From positions 25,606,001-25,670,000 of the forward strand of contig NC_043001.1 in NCBI RefSeq assembly GCF_006345805.1: a stretch of DNA of 64,000 bases, written 5' to 3'. A program made the translations under genes and the position numbers. Positions 11,901-24,752 of this stretch are shown in pieces (positions within the stretch are counted from its first letter, which is position 1; each line of letters starts with the position of its first letter). The DNA is from Octopus sinensis. Lineage: Eukaryota. The notes under the pieces are model-generated. The model worked only from the letters and a program-made list of their open reading frames with translations, had not been told where the DNA came from and made no database searches.

Positions 11901-14900
11901 GCCTCAAGTGAGAAACTAAAAGAAAAAAAATTCTTAGTCTGATATATTGAATTATTTCATTCCTCATGACAAAACAGTTGACAGGGCCCTTCTACAGATT
12001 CTCCTAAGTGATAAAATTCTTGTCTTGTGATGACTAATTCTGGCCATCTGTGTATCATTATCATCATCATCATCATCATTTAACATCTGGCATGGTTGGA
12101 GATTCACCAGGAGCAGGCAAGCCAAAGAATAGCACCAAACTCCAATGTCTGGTTTGGCATGATTTCTATGGCTGGATGCTTTTTCTAACACCAACAACTT
12201 TACTTCTCTTACATTCACCTTCCTATAACTTGAGGATGTTTCTTGACCCATCTTTCTTTCCACCTGGGGCAACCATATATCTACCTACTTACTGGCATTT
12301 GTGCTGGTGTGCAGGTGACACATAAAAAAAAACACGATTTTTCCATGACCGTTGCCAGTACCACCTGACTGGCACGTAAAAGCACCCACTACACTCTCGG
12401 ATTGGTTTGCGCTAGGAAGGGTATCCAGCTGTAGTAATTCTGCCAGATCAGATTGGAGCTTGGTGCAGCCATCTGGTTTGCCAGTCCTCAGTTAAATCGT
12501 CCAACCCATGCCAGCATGAAAAGCGGACGTTAAACGATGATGATAATGATATATATAGAACAAATAGTGAGGAATTATCAATCCAGGCAAAATACTTCTT
12601 GAGCTCTCTATTGGCACATCAGGCTATTGGGTCCCTGGTTATGGTTGATCACAATTCTATATTGTAAATCCATGGATGGGCTCCAGATAAACTGGTTTTT
12701 ACACAGAGTGATATGTAAGGAACAAGTTTAAAATAATGGTCATTAGATATAATTCCTTTATTTGAGCAACCTATCAGTAATATACCTACAGTGACTACTG
12801 GAAATAACTGTAAGCCAAATTTGCTCAAATAGAGGAATTATATGTAATGATCATTGTTTCTAACTTGTTTCTTATATATATATATATATGTATATATATA
12901 ATTTAGAGAAAAACCACTATTAAACAATTCAATAAAGAAAGATGTTATTCACACCATATAGAAAACATATGCTATAAACGCTAAGTTTGACATTTTACGT
13001 TTAAATTGTTAGTTAACGAAAATCCTTCGACAAGATAAGTTATATTTCTACTTTAAGAAATATTGTTAAATGCCTTTCGATTATTTATAGTTAATACACG
13101 TATTTTTTTTATATAATTAGTATAAGTTAAGTACATTTATTCTATTATTATTTTTTTTTTTATTATCTTAGACCTGATGAGTAGCTATATTTTTAAATAG
13201 AATTAATTTTAGTTTGATTTAATTTTGAATCGAATTGATTTTATTATTATTATTATCTATTTGAAAATATAGCCATGAAATGTTTGTGGTCTTTTTACTA
13301 CTATTTACTATTTATTGTACTTTATTGATTTAAAATAAGTTTTTTTTATAGCTTACGTTTTCTATATGGTGTGAATAACATCTTTCTTTATTGAATTGTT
13401 TAATAGTGGTTTTTCTCTAAATTATATACATATATTATATATTGTGAAATTTGATTTAAAATTGTTAAATTGAATTTTTCCCTAGAAGTTTTGGAATTAT
13501 ATTCCCTACTATTATATATATATATATCTTGTTGTTTGATAAGAATCAATAAATGTACAGATGATGTAAGTGTTAAAATGGTTTTTAATCAGGTGTTTAT
13601 GTGTATTTCAGACTAAAACTGTCAGGATGCTTGAACGCTCAGTGTTTAGCACTTACCATTGCTTTATCAGAAACAATTTTTTAAGGTAAGGCTATTTCTG
13701 AAAAACATTATTGTTGTTTTAAACAAATCAATTAAAAAAACAAAACAAAAAAAAAACTACATAGATATATGAAGTGTTTGAAATATAATTAACGTGTATT
13801 GATATTTGGAGTATCAAAGATGTAATTTCTTACACTTTTGTCTACACCAATAAACTATGTAGCAGTTTTACAATGAAGCATGGACAAAGAGGAATCTGGT
13901 TTTATGAAGATTGCCTCTCCTTTGCATGTTTTGAAACCTAACATCATGTAGGGTTTCCAATAAAGGTCAGTCCTCATCTGAGCATGTGTTTAAGACCCCT
14001 AATGACAAGTGGAGACTAACACTTTGAAAGTATTATGGTTCACAAACTTGGAGTTATCAGTCAAGCCAGCAGATAACTTCAAGTCAGCCACAATAAAAAA
14101 ATAGAGAAGTAAAATTTACCTTACGGAGATGTACTTGCATAGCGAGTGACTTGATCTGAGATCGTGTGCTGGAACGATGTTTGTGCAGCACAAAGTTTTG
14201 TCAGTGAACAGATTGCGGTCTCAAAGCGCCGAAAATATTTTGACAAATTAAATTTAAATGTTGAAGTGGATCTAACGGTTTTTGTGTGTTTCTTAAATGG
14301 CTTATAAACACCTTCCACACTGCAATTGTTTAAAATTTACATCCTTTTTATATTCTTGCTACAGTAATCTCACTATAATTGCCTTCAACACTAATTACAT
14401 CATCTAGGTAACAAGCTATCTAATGATTCAAACCACCACCAACACCTTCACCACCACCATTGCCAATACTAGTGGCACACTGCATTAAATGTGCAAGCAT
14501 TGTCTTAGTGGTGGATATACAGAGTAGAGTGGTGGATACACAGGATAAAAACAACTTGAGATGAGATAGTTTTATTATACCTTAGAAAATTGTATTGCAC
14601 ACATCAGGTATAAATAAATTAAGTCATATGGAAAGCTCATGCATTACAGACCTATTCACCATACAGAAAAATGTATGTTAACCCTGTGATTGGTAGGAAT
14701 GTTAATCTAGAAGTGATTAAACTCTGGTGTGGTGAAATTCTTTGAAGTTTTCTGAACATTTTACACTGGGTTCAATTATATATATTTTCTTTTCAGTAAA
14801 GATTTAAATGGTCTTGAATTTGCAGTTTTAAAAAGATGGTTCCAGTGGCTGATACAGAAACATAACTTAGGGTTGGACCAAATAGGTATGTATTTTAAAT

Positions 14901-14973
14901 CATACATTTGAATTTAATTGGGCACAGTCTTATTTTAATTGCTATTTTGTTTTCATACAAGACATATATACAT

Positions 14974-15037
<64 letters not shown>

Positions 15038-16866
15038 CTTATAAACACGGGCAATAGAAAAATTATTTCTATGCCAGTATGCTGAGAACAGACTTTAAAT
15101 CGTCAATTTCCACATTTATAATATACATTCACTATAGATATACGTCATACTGAAATCGAGGAAAGCAGGCCAACAGAATTTTAAAAAAAAGTTTGTTATT
15201 TCTATACTGAATCAATTTTGGGATTAATCCTATGCATTTTTCCCTCTTCAGTAGAACATATGATAAGAAATAAATGAAATACTTACATGCACCCATGGAA
15301 AAAGCAAAAGCAAGATATATGTATGTATGTATGTGTCCGTAAAAGTTTGATGCTCTACCGACTGATTGTGTGTGAAAGCACATGGCTTAGTTGTTAGGGT
15401 ATTTGACTCACAATCACAGGGTCGTGAGTTTGATTCCTAGTGGTGCATTGTGTCTTTGAGCAAGATACTTTAGTCCACTCAGCTGGTAATTCAAAGGGCC
15501 TGCCTTGTCACATTCTATATCATGCTGAATCTCCCTGAGAACTATGTTAAAAGTATGCGTGTTTGTGGAGTGAAGGCGGTGAGCTTGGTAGAAACGTTAG
15601 CACGCCGGTCGAAATTCTTATTCTGAGTTCAAATTCCGCCAAGGTCGACTTTGTCTTTCATTCTTTTGGGGTCAATTAAGTAAGTACCAGTTACGCACCG
15701 GGGTCGATATAATTGGCTTAATCCGTTTGTCTGTCCTTTTTTGTCCTCTCTGTGTTTAGCCCCATGTGGGTAGTAAAGAAATAGGTATTTCATCTGCTGC
15801 TATGTTCTGAGTTCAAATTCCGCCGAGGTCGACTTTGCCTTTCATCCTTTCGGGGTCGATTAAATAAGTACCAGTTACGCACTGGGGTCGATATAATTGA
15901 CTTAATCTGTTTGTCTGTCCTTGTTTGTCCTCTCTGTGTTTAGCCCCTTGTGGGTAGTAAAGAAATAGGTATATGTGTTTGTAGAGTGCTCAGTCACTTG
16001 CATATTAATTTCATGAGCAGGTTGTTCCATTCTTCAGATCGCCTGGAACACTTGTTGTCATAATTGATCAACTACCAGTTTGTTATATATATGTTAATAT
16101 ATGATTATAAGGAAAAAATATTTCCTCCAAAGCATAGGCTTCACTTTGAAGTGCTCAGGATTTTAAAACTGAGGTGTTAGAATAATGTATGAGTAAGAAT
16201 CAAAGTTAGGTAAATCAGATTCACATATACATTTATATTTATTCAGCCCGAGACCTAGCGTGTACAAATTTCTCCGAAAGTATATTCAATATATCAAACC
16301 GATTAAAAATATATAGAGTAATCAATATATTAAGAATATACATATCAAAATATATAAATATATTGATATATACATTTAAAATATATTGAAAAATTAAATA
16401 CATATATAGGTCGTCTTGGCGAGCTGGCAGAAACGTTAGCACGCTGGGTGAAATGCTTAGTGGTATTTCATCTGCCGTTATGTTCTGAGTTCAAATTCTA
16501 CCGAGGTTGACTTTGCCTTTCATCTTTTCGGGGTCAATAAATTAAGTACCAGTTGTACGCTGGTGGGGGGGGGGGATGTAATCGACTTAATCCCTTTGTC
16601 TGTCTTTGTTTGTTCCCTCTATGTTTATCCCCTTGAGGGCAATAAAGAAATAAGATTATGAAACAAAGTCTTGAAAAGAATTAAGAGTCTTTAAAAAATG
16701 TATAGGTATTGCTAATCCTATTAACAATCCAACGGCCATTTCTGAGGGTTCAGTTGTCCTGTTATATAAAAGATATTTACATCCATTATAGGACACCACC
16801 TCCTCCATCAGGGAAAATAAGCTTCTAAAGAAGCCTCATAAGTATTTATTTTTTTCTATATTTTTA

Positions 16867-16921
<55 letters not shown>

Positions 16922-17321
16922 GTAGGTCCCGGGTTGATTCGGGGTTAACCACAGTAAATAAGGTACTCAATACATAGCAGAGTAAAATTAATTTATTATA
17001 TAGAAGGAGCTTCTACAGGACTAGAACTGTTTCATTCAAGAGAAATCATCAGGAAGCTAGTTAACAAGAATTGTTTTGGCATTTATACATTTAGGCAGGT
17101 TTAAAGGGGTGGTGGTGGGGGACTTTTTGGGGTAGGCATAGCGTAAAAATATCATACTTAGGGGAGTGGTCAGGAGTCTGGTAAATTAGATAAAAGAATA
17201 AATAAAAGAATAAAAAATAATAGAAGAATAGAGTTTTAGGTAAATAAGGAGATTCTCACTTATACATATACACATATGTATATATATACACACACACACA
17301 CATATACATACACACATATAT

Positions 17322-17373
<52 letters not shown>

Positions 17374-17664
17374 TATATATATACATGCATATATACACAC
17401 ACCCACACATACATATACACACAAATATATACATACACACACATACACATACACACATACACACACATATATACATACACACATGCACACACATGTCCAT
17501 ATATACACATACATATATATATACATATGTGTACCTATACATACCTACACATACACACATATACATACACATACAAACCCATTCCCTTATTTTAATTTTA
17601 TTATTATTTTCATTTATTACTTTTGTTATCTTTGACCGCGGTCATATATATATATGTATGTATG

Positions 17665-17724
<60 letters not shown>

Positions 17725-18873
17725 GGCGGGTGTGCTGAAAGTGTAACTGCTAGAGTAAGAATAGCTTGGGCAAAGTTCAGAGAGCTCTTACCTCTGCTGG
17801 TGACAAAAGGCCTCTCGCACAGAGTGAAGGCAGACTGTATGATGCGTGTGTACGAACAGCCATGCTACATGGCAGTGAAACATGGGCCGTGACTGCTGAG
17901 GATATGCGTAAGCTCGCTAGAAATGAAGCCAGTATGCTCCGATGGATGTGTAATGCCGGTACTCACACTCGGCAAAGTGTAAGTACCTTGAGAGAAAAGC
18001 TGGACCTAAGAAGCATCAGTTGTGGTGTGCAAGAGAGACGTTTGCGCTGGTATGGTCATGTGGCGAGAATGGATGAAGATAGTTGTGTGAAAAAGTGCCA
18101 CACCCTAGCGGTTGAGGGAACCTGTGGAAGAGGCAGACCCAGGAAAACCTGGGACGAGGTGGTGAAGCACGACCTTCGAACTTTAGGTCTCACTGAGGAA
18201 ATGACTAGAGACCGAGACCTCTGGAAGTGTGCTGTGCGCGAGAAGACCCGGCAGGACAAGTGAGTCCACAACCCGTGGCCTTCTACATGGGATGGAGCCA
18301 GCCTACGTATGCATACCTTCCCTTCTTGGGACACAAAACTCTACTTGTGAAGACGTGTTGAGGCAAGTGAGGATCAGAATCAAAATCGATCAATGGAAAT
18401 TGCGGATGTGCTACCAGTGCCGGTGGCATGTTGAAACTCTGCTTGTGAAGACCCATTGAGGCAAGTGAGGATCAGAATCGAAATCGATCAATGGAAATTG
18501 CAGATGTGTTACCAGTGCCGGTGGCATGTAAGAGAACTTTCCGTTTCGCGACCGTTGCCAGCACCGCCCCGTTTCGTGTCCGTTGCCAGCCTCGCCTGGC
18601 CCTCGTGCCGGTGGCACATAAAAAGCACCATCCGTTCGTGGCCGTTTGCCAGCTCTGTCTGGCACCAGTGCGGGTGGCACGTAAAAGCACCCACTACACT
18701 CACGGAGTGGTTGGCGTTAGGAAGGGCATCCAGCCGTAGAAACACTGCCAGATTTGACTGGGCCTGATGAAGCCTTCTGGCTTCACAGACCCCAGTAGAA
18801 CCATCCAACCCATGCTAGCATGGAAAACGGACGCTAAATGATGATGATGATGATGATGATGTATGTATGTATG

Positions 18874-18908
<35 letters not shown>

Positions 18909-18909
18909 G

Positions 18910-18958
<49 letters not shown>

Positions 18959-18989
18959 GTATATATATATATATTATATATATATATAT

Positions 18990-19024
<35 letters not shown>

Positions 19025-19228
19025 GTATATATTATATCATCATCATCATCATTGTCGTTTAACGTCCGTTCTCCATGCTAGCATGGGTTGGACGGTTCGA
19101 CCGGGGTTCTGGGAAGCCAGAAGGCTGCACCAGGCTCCAGTCTAATCTGGCAATGTTTCTACAGCTGGATGCCCTTCCTAACGCCAACCACTCCGTGAGT
19201 GTAGTGGGTGCTTTTTACGTGCCACCTG

Positions 19229-19287
<59 letters not shown>

Positions 19288-19672
19288 TATATTATATATA
19301 TGTAGGTCCCGGGTTGATTCGGGGTTAACCACAGTAAATAAGGTACTCAATACATCGCAGAGTAAAATTAATTTATTATATAGAAGGAGCTTCTACAGGA
19401 CTAGAACTGTTTCATTCAAGAGAAATCTTCAGGAAGCTAGTTAACAAGAATTGTATTGGCATTTATACATTTAGGCAGGTTTAAAGGGGTGTAGGTGGGG
19501 GACTTTTTGGGGGTAGGCATAGCGCAAAAAATCATACTTGGGGGAGTGGTCAAGGAGTCAGTGTTAAATTAGATAGGAGAATAAATAAAAAATAAAAATA
19601 AAAAATAAAAATAAAAAATATAAAATATAAAAAATAAAAATAAAAAATAAAAAATAGAAAATAAAAAATATA

Positions 19673-19709
<37 letters not shown>

Positions 19710-19720
19710 AAATAAAAATA

Positions 19721-19762
<42 letters not shown>

Positions 19763-20128
19763 GGGGGAATAGAGTTTTAGGTAAATAAGGAGATTCTCAC
19801 TTATACCTCTACACATACACACATATATATACAATCACACATACATATACATATCTACACATACACATATATATGTATACATACACACACTCACTTGCAT
19901 AATGTATGTGCGTGTGTGTGTGTGTGTGTGTATATATGTATAGATGTATGTATGTATATATGTATATTTGTGTGTATGCATATGTATGTGTATATGTATG
20001 TGTGTATGTATATATATGTGTGTAAGTGTGTGTATATATGTAAATGTAAGTGTGTGTGCTTGTATGAGAATGTATGTATGTTTGCACACATGTATATATA
20101 TGTGTGTGTATGTGTGTGTGTATGTATA

Positions 20129-20166
<38 letters not shown>

Positions 20167-20438
20167 CATATATATATATATGTGTATATATATGTGTATG
20201 TATATATATGTGTATGTGAGTGTGTGTGTATACATGTGTGTATGTGTATGTATGTATGTATATATATGCGTGTGCATGGGTATATGTATATGTACATATG
20301 CGCGTACGCTCGTGTGTTTATGTATGTGTAGGTACGTAGAGTTATCTATGTGTGTATTTATATGTACATGTGTAAGTATGTGTATATATGTATGTATGTG
20401 TATGTATATGCATGTGTATGTGTGTGTGTGTGTGTATA

Positions 20439-20485
<47 letters not shown>

Positions 20486-20551
20486 ATGTGTGTATGTGTA
20501 TATGTAGGTGTATGTGTGTATGTATATTTTTATATTATGTGTGTATGTATG

Positions 20552-20610
<59 letters not shown>

Positions 20611-20796
20611 TAAATATCTATGTGTGTAAGTTTATTATATGTATGTATCCGTCTATATAATAGGTAACTGCACGTACATATACTTAATATTTATTTTTTG
20701 AGTATGCATGTATGAATAACTGCGCGTATATATATTTACTATTTACTTATTTTTTGAGTATGCATGCTGGTATGAATATATATATGTATATATATG

Positions 20797-20838
<42 letters not shown>

Positions 20839-20957
20839 GTACATGTATGTATTTGTATGTAGGTGTACATGTATGTATATGTGTGTGTATTTATATTTAT
20901 GGGTGTATATGTATAGACTAGCCTTCTAAGAGTGTAGACATGAATCTGTAGGTACGC

Positions 20958-21007
<50 letters not shown>

Positions 21008-21878
21008 TATGTACATGTATGTATTGTATGTAGGTGTACATGTATGTGTGTGTATTTATATTTATTGGTGTATATGTATAGACTAGCCTTCTAAGAGTGT
21101 AGACATGAATCTGTAGGTACGCGTACGTATGTGTATATACGTGAATGTATGTAGATGTATGTATGTATGAATATAACGCGTGCGTGCGTGTATGCGTATG
21201 AGTGTACGAATGAGTGAGTGTACGTGCTAAAGAGTGAGCGTGAGTGAATGAGTAATTGTTTTCCAGTAGACGGATAAATGGTCTGGCTGTCATAGCCAAG
21301 ATGTTTGTGACCAAGCGGCCAAAGATAACAAAAGTAACAAAAGTAATAAACGAAGATAATAAAATTAAAATTAGGGAATGGGTCTGTATTTGTATATGTA
21401 TATATATATGTGTGTATGTGTAGGTATGCATGGGTACACATATGTATATATATGTGTATATATATATATATATATGTGTATGTATATATATGTGTATATG
21501 TATGTGTATGTATGTATATATATGTGTATGTATGTGTATGTGTGGGTGTATATATATGTGTGTATGTGTATATATGTGTATATAGGGACTAGTGTGCTGT
21601 GTGTGCATGTGTGTGTATGGATTAGTGTGTGTATGCGTGTATGTGAGTAGATGTGTGTGTATGTGTATATATATATTTTTTTCTGTGTGTATATGTATGT
21701 GTGGTCGTGTGTGTATATATACATGTGTGTATACGTGTATGCAAGTGAGTGTGTGTATGTATACATATATATGTGTATGTGTAGATATGTATATGTATGT
21801 GTGATTGTATATATATGTGTGTATGTGTAGAGGTATAAGTGAGAATCTCCTTATTTACCTAAAACTCTATTCCCCCTT

Positions 21879-21926
<48 letters not shown>

Positions 21927-22332
21927 TTTTATTTTTATTTTTTTATTTTTTATTTTTATTTTTTTATTTTTTATATTTTTTATTTTCTATTTTTTATTTT
22001 TATTTTTTATTTTTTATATTTTATATTTTTTATTTTTTATTTTTATTTTTTTATTTTTTTATTTATTCTCCTATCTAATTTAACACTGACTCCTTGACCA
22101 CTCCCCCAAGTATGATTTTTTGCGCTATGCCTACCCCCAAAAGTCCCCCACCTACACCCCTTTAAACCTGCCTAAATGTATAAATGCCAATACAATTCTT
22201 GTTAACTAGCTTCCTGAAGATTTCTCTTGAATGAAACAGTTCTAGTCCTGTAGAAGCTCCTTCTATATAATAAATATTATATATATATATATATGTATGT
22301 ATGTGTATGTATGTATAATATATATATATATA

Positions 22333-22374
<42 letters not shown>

Positions 22375-22883
22375 GTATGTATATATATAGTGCCGGTGGC
22401 ATGTCGAAACTCTGCTTGTGAAGACCCATTGAGGCAAGTGAGGATCAGAATCGAAATCGATCAATGGAAATCGATCAATGGAAATTGCAGATGTGTTTAC
22501 CAGTGCCGGTGGCATGTAAGAGAACTTTCCGTTTCGCGACCGTTGCCAGCACCGCCCCGTTTCGTGTCCGTTGCCAGCCTCGCCTGGCCCTCGTGCCGGT
22601 GGCACATAAAAGCACCATCCGTTCGTGGCCGTTTGCCAGCTCTGTCTGGCACCAGTGCGGGTGGCACGTAAAAAGCACCCACTACACTCACGGAGTGGTT
22701 GGCGTTAGGAAGGGCATCCAGCCGTAGAAACACTGCCAGATTTGACTGGGCCTGATGAAGCCTTCTGGCTTCACAGACCCCAGTAGAACCGTCCAACCCA
22801 TGCTAGCATGGAAAACGGACGCTAAATGATGATGATGATGATGATGATGATATATATATATATATATATAATATATATGTATA

Positions 22884-22915
<32 letters not shown>

Positions 22916-22957
22916 GTATAATATATATGTATATATATATATGTATATATATATATG

Positions 22958-22989
<32 letters not shown>

Positions 22990-23001
22990 TATATGTATAT
23001 G

Positions 23002-23040
<39 letters not shown>

Positions 23041-24715
23041 GTCCGGCACTTGTTGCCATGATTGATCATTAGCCACTACACACATTTTTTTTCTCTCCTT
23101 GTTTTTTCTGTGTCCCTTTCTGTAGAAAAGCGTAGGCTTGAAACGTAAAAGATTTTTTCTATTCCTGAGTGTTATACTTATACATCTGTTTGTTTTGTAC
23201 ACCACCTGTCTTCGTCTTTTGTTTTTTTCATAAACTCTCCTATATATATATTTATATATTTTTATATGTACCTTTTTAATGTATTGGTTACTCTATATAT
23301 TTTTAATATGTTTGATATATTGAAGATATGTTTGTATATGTGTATATGTATGTGTGTTTGCACTTGTGTGTGTCTATGAAGAAAAGCAAAACCAAAGCCA
23401 TCACTCGCAAGCAAGTATGACTTGGTAGCATGTACCATGCTTTTGCTAATTGTTTCTTGAACATACATTGACATCCCACTGGAATATGAGAGAGTCAGTG
23501 CTGTACCAGCACTCTGTGTGTGTGTGTGTGTATGTGTGTTAGGTGCAGGTTTGGTTCTGTGGTTAAGAAGTTTACTTCTTAACCACATAATTTCAGGTTT
23601 AGTGGGTGAATTTGGAAAATGGAAACTGAAAAGAAGCCCATTGTGTGTGTATATTTGTGTCTCCTTATCTTGACATTGCATGAGTGATTGTTGTAAATGA
23701 GTGCCATGGTCATACAAGCAGTGTCATTCTTATCCAATATTCTGTGTCTTGCCATAGAGGAATATTAAACTTGCTTGGAAAACAGGTGAGGGTTGCCAAC
23801 AGGAAGAGCATCTGTTCAGAGAAGGTCTGCTTTGGTAAACTCCATCTGACCCATGCAAACAGGGAAAAGTGGACATTAAATGATTGTGATGCTTATTATT
23901 ATTATTTGTATGTCATTATCATAAATTTAGTCCATTCTCCATGCTACCATGCTTGTTCCTTCTCGAGCCATGCCTGGCTCATAGGGCCGGTTTGCCGGTT
24001 TCCTTGGCGTATAGGTTCCCCACCTGGATGGGACGCTGGTCCGTCGCAGGTGAGCTACAAGATGCAGGAGGAATGAGTGAGAGAAAGTTGTGGCGAAAGA
24101 GTCAGCAGAAGTTCGCCATTACCAGAGCCGTGTAGAGCTTAGGTGTTTCACTCATAAACACACACACCGCCCGGTCTGAGATTCGAACCCGCGATCCCTC
24201 GACCGCGAATCCGCTGCTCTAACCACTAGGCCATGTGCCTCCACTCCATGCTACCATGGGTTGTACAAGCTGCCATGTTCCAAGTCAGTTCTTATTCAGA
24301 TGCGTTAGTTGGCATCTCTTGTTTGTATGTGCTATTTATATAATGCGTGTGTATGCATATCTGCATGTGTACTGATATTCATTTTTCTCTCAGTATATTT
24401 AAAGGCAGATCCTCATTTGTGCTTTGAGAGATTGAAAAAAAGATGTAGAAAAGAAGAAGATCCTGTTCCAGTGGTAAGAACCTTTACTGTTATATTCCTT
24501 AAAAACAGCCTTTTGGCATCTCTTTCCTGAAAAGAATGTGGATATCTGGAACACTGAAATCAAAAATGTAATTGATTTTACTAATTTGAAAATTCTGTTT
24601 GCTAAATTTTTTCTGCAAATCAAATTTCAAATTTTTTGATATTTGCACTGTCATTTTTCAGAATGACTTTATCATCATTCATCATTCATTCATTCATTCA
24701 TTCATTCATTCATTT

Positions 24716-24752
<37 letters not shown>

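Larger units (their letters stand above)
19301..22275. mobile_element. Family A HHR element with inverted ~530-bp terminal arms
   Basis: 19371-19901 is the reverse complement of 21738-22275. The spacer is microsatellite-like with unique blocks (20910-20960 duplicated at ~21080-21125; 21240-21390). Confidence 0.7.
16865..23040. repeat. Compound (TA)n/(CA)n/(TATG)n microsatellite field with nested retroelements
   Basis: Direct inspection; source of the many Y/I/H/T/C/V/M low-complexity ORFs. Confidence 0.9.

Noticed and set aside
18755-18800. CTGATGA-agcc(ttct)ggct hairpin in RTE 3' UTRs (also ~22750, ~62590, ~28520 on -)
   Set aside because: No GAAA or NUH follows the stem, so it is not a hammerhead.
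18411-18808. ORFs such as [20 protein letters not shown]... recurring at 22497-22796, 28490-28942 and 62337-62636
   Set aside because: Chance antisense and alternate frames of the RTE 3' UTR repeat.
17186-23205. Many 60-290 aa ORFs rich in Y/I/H/T/C/V/M
   Set aside because: Translations of (TA)n/(CA)n/(TATG)n microsatellites; not coding.
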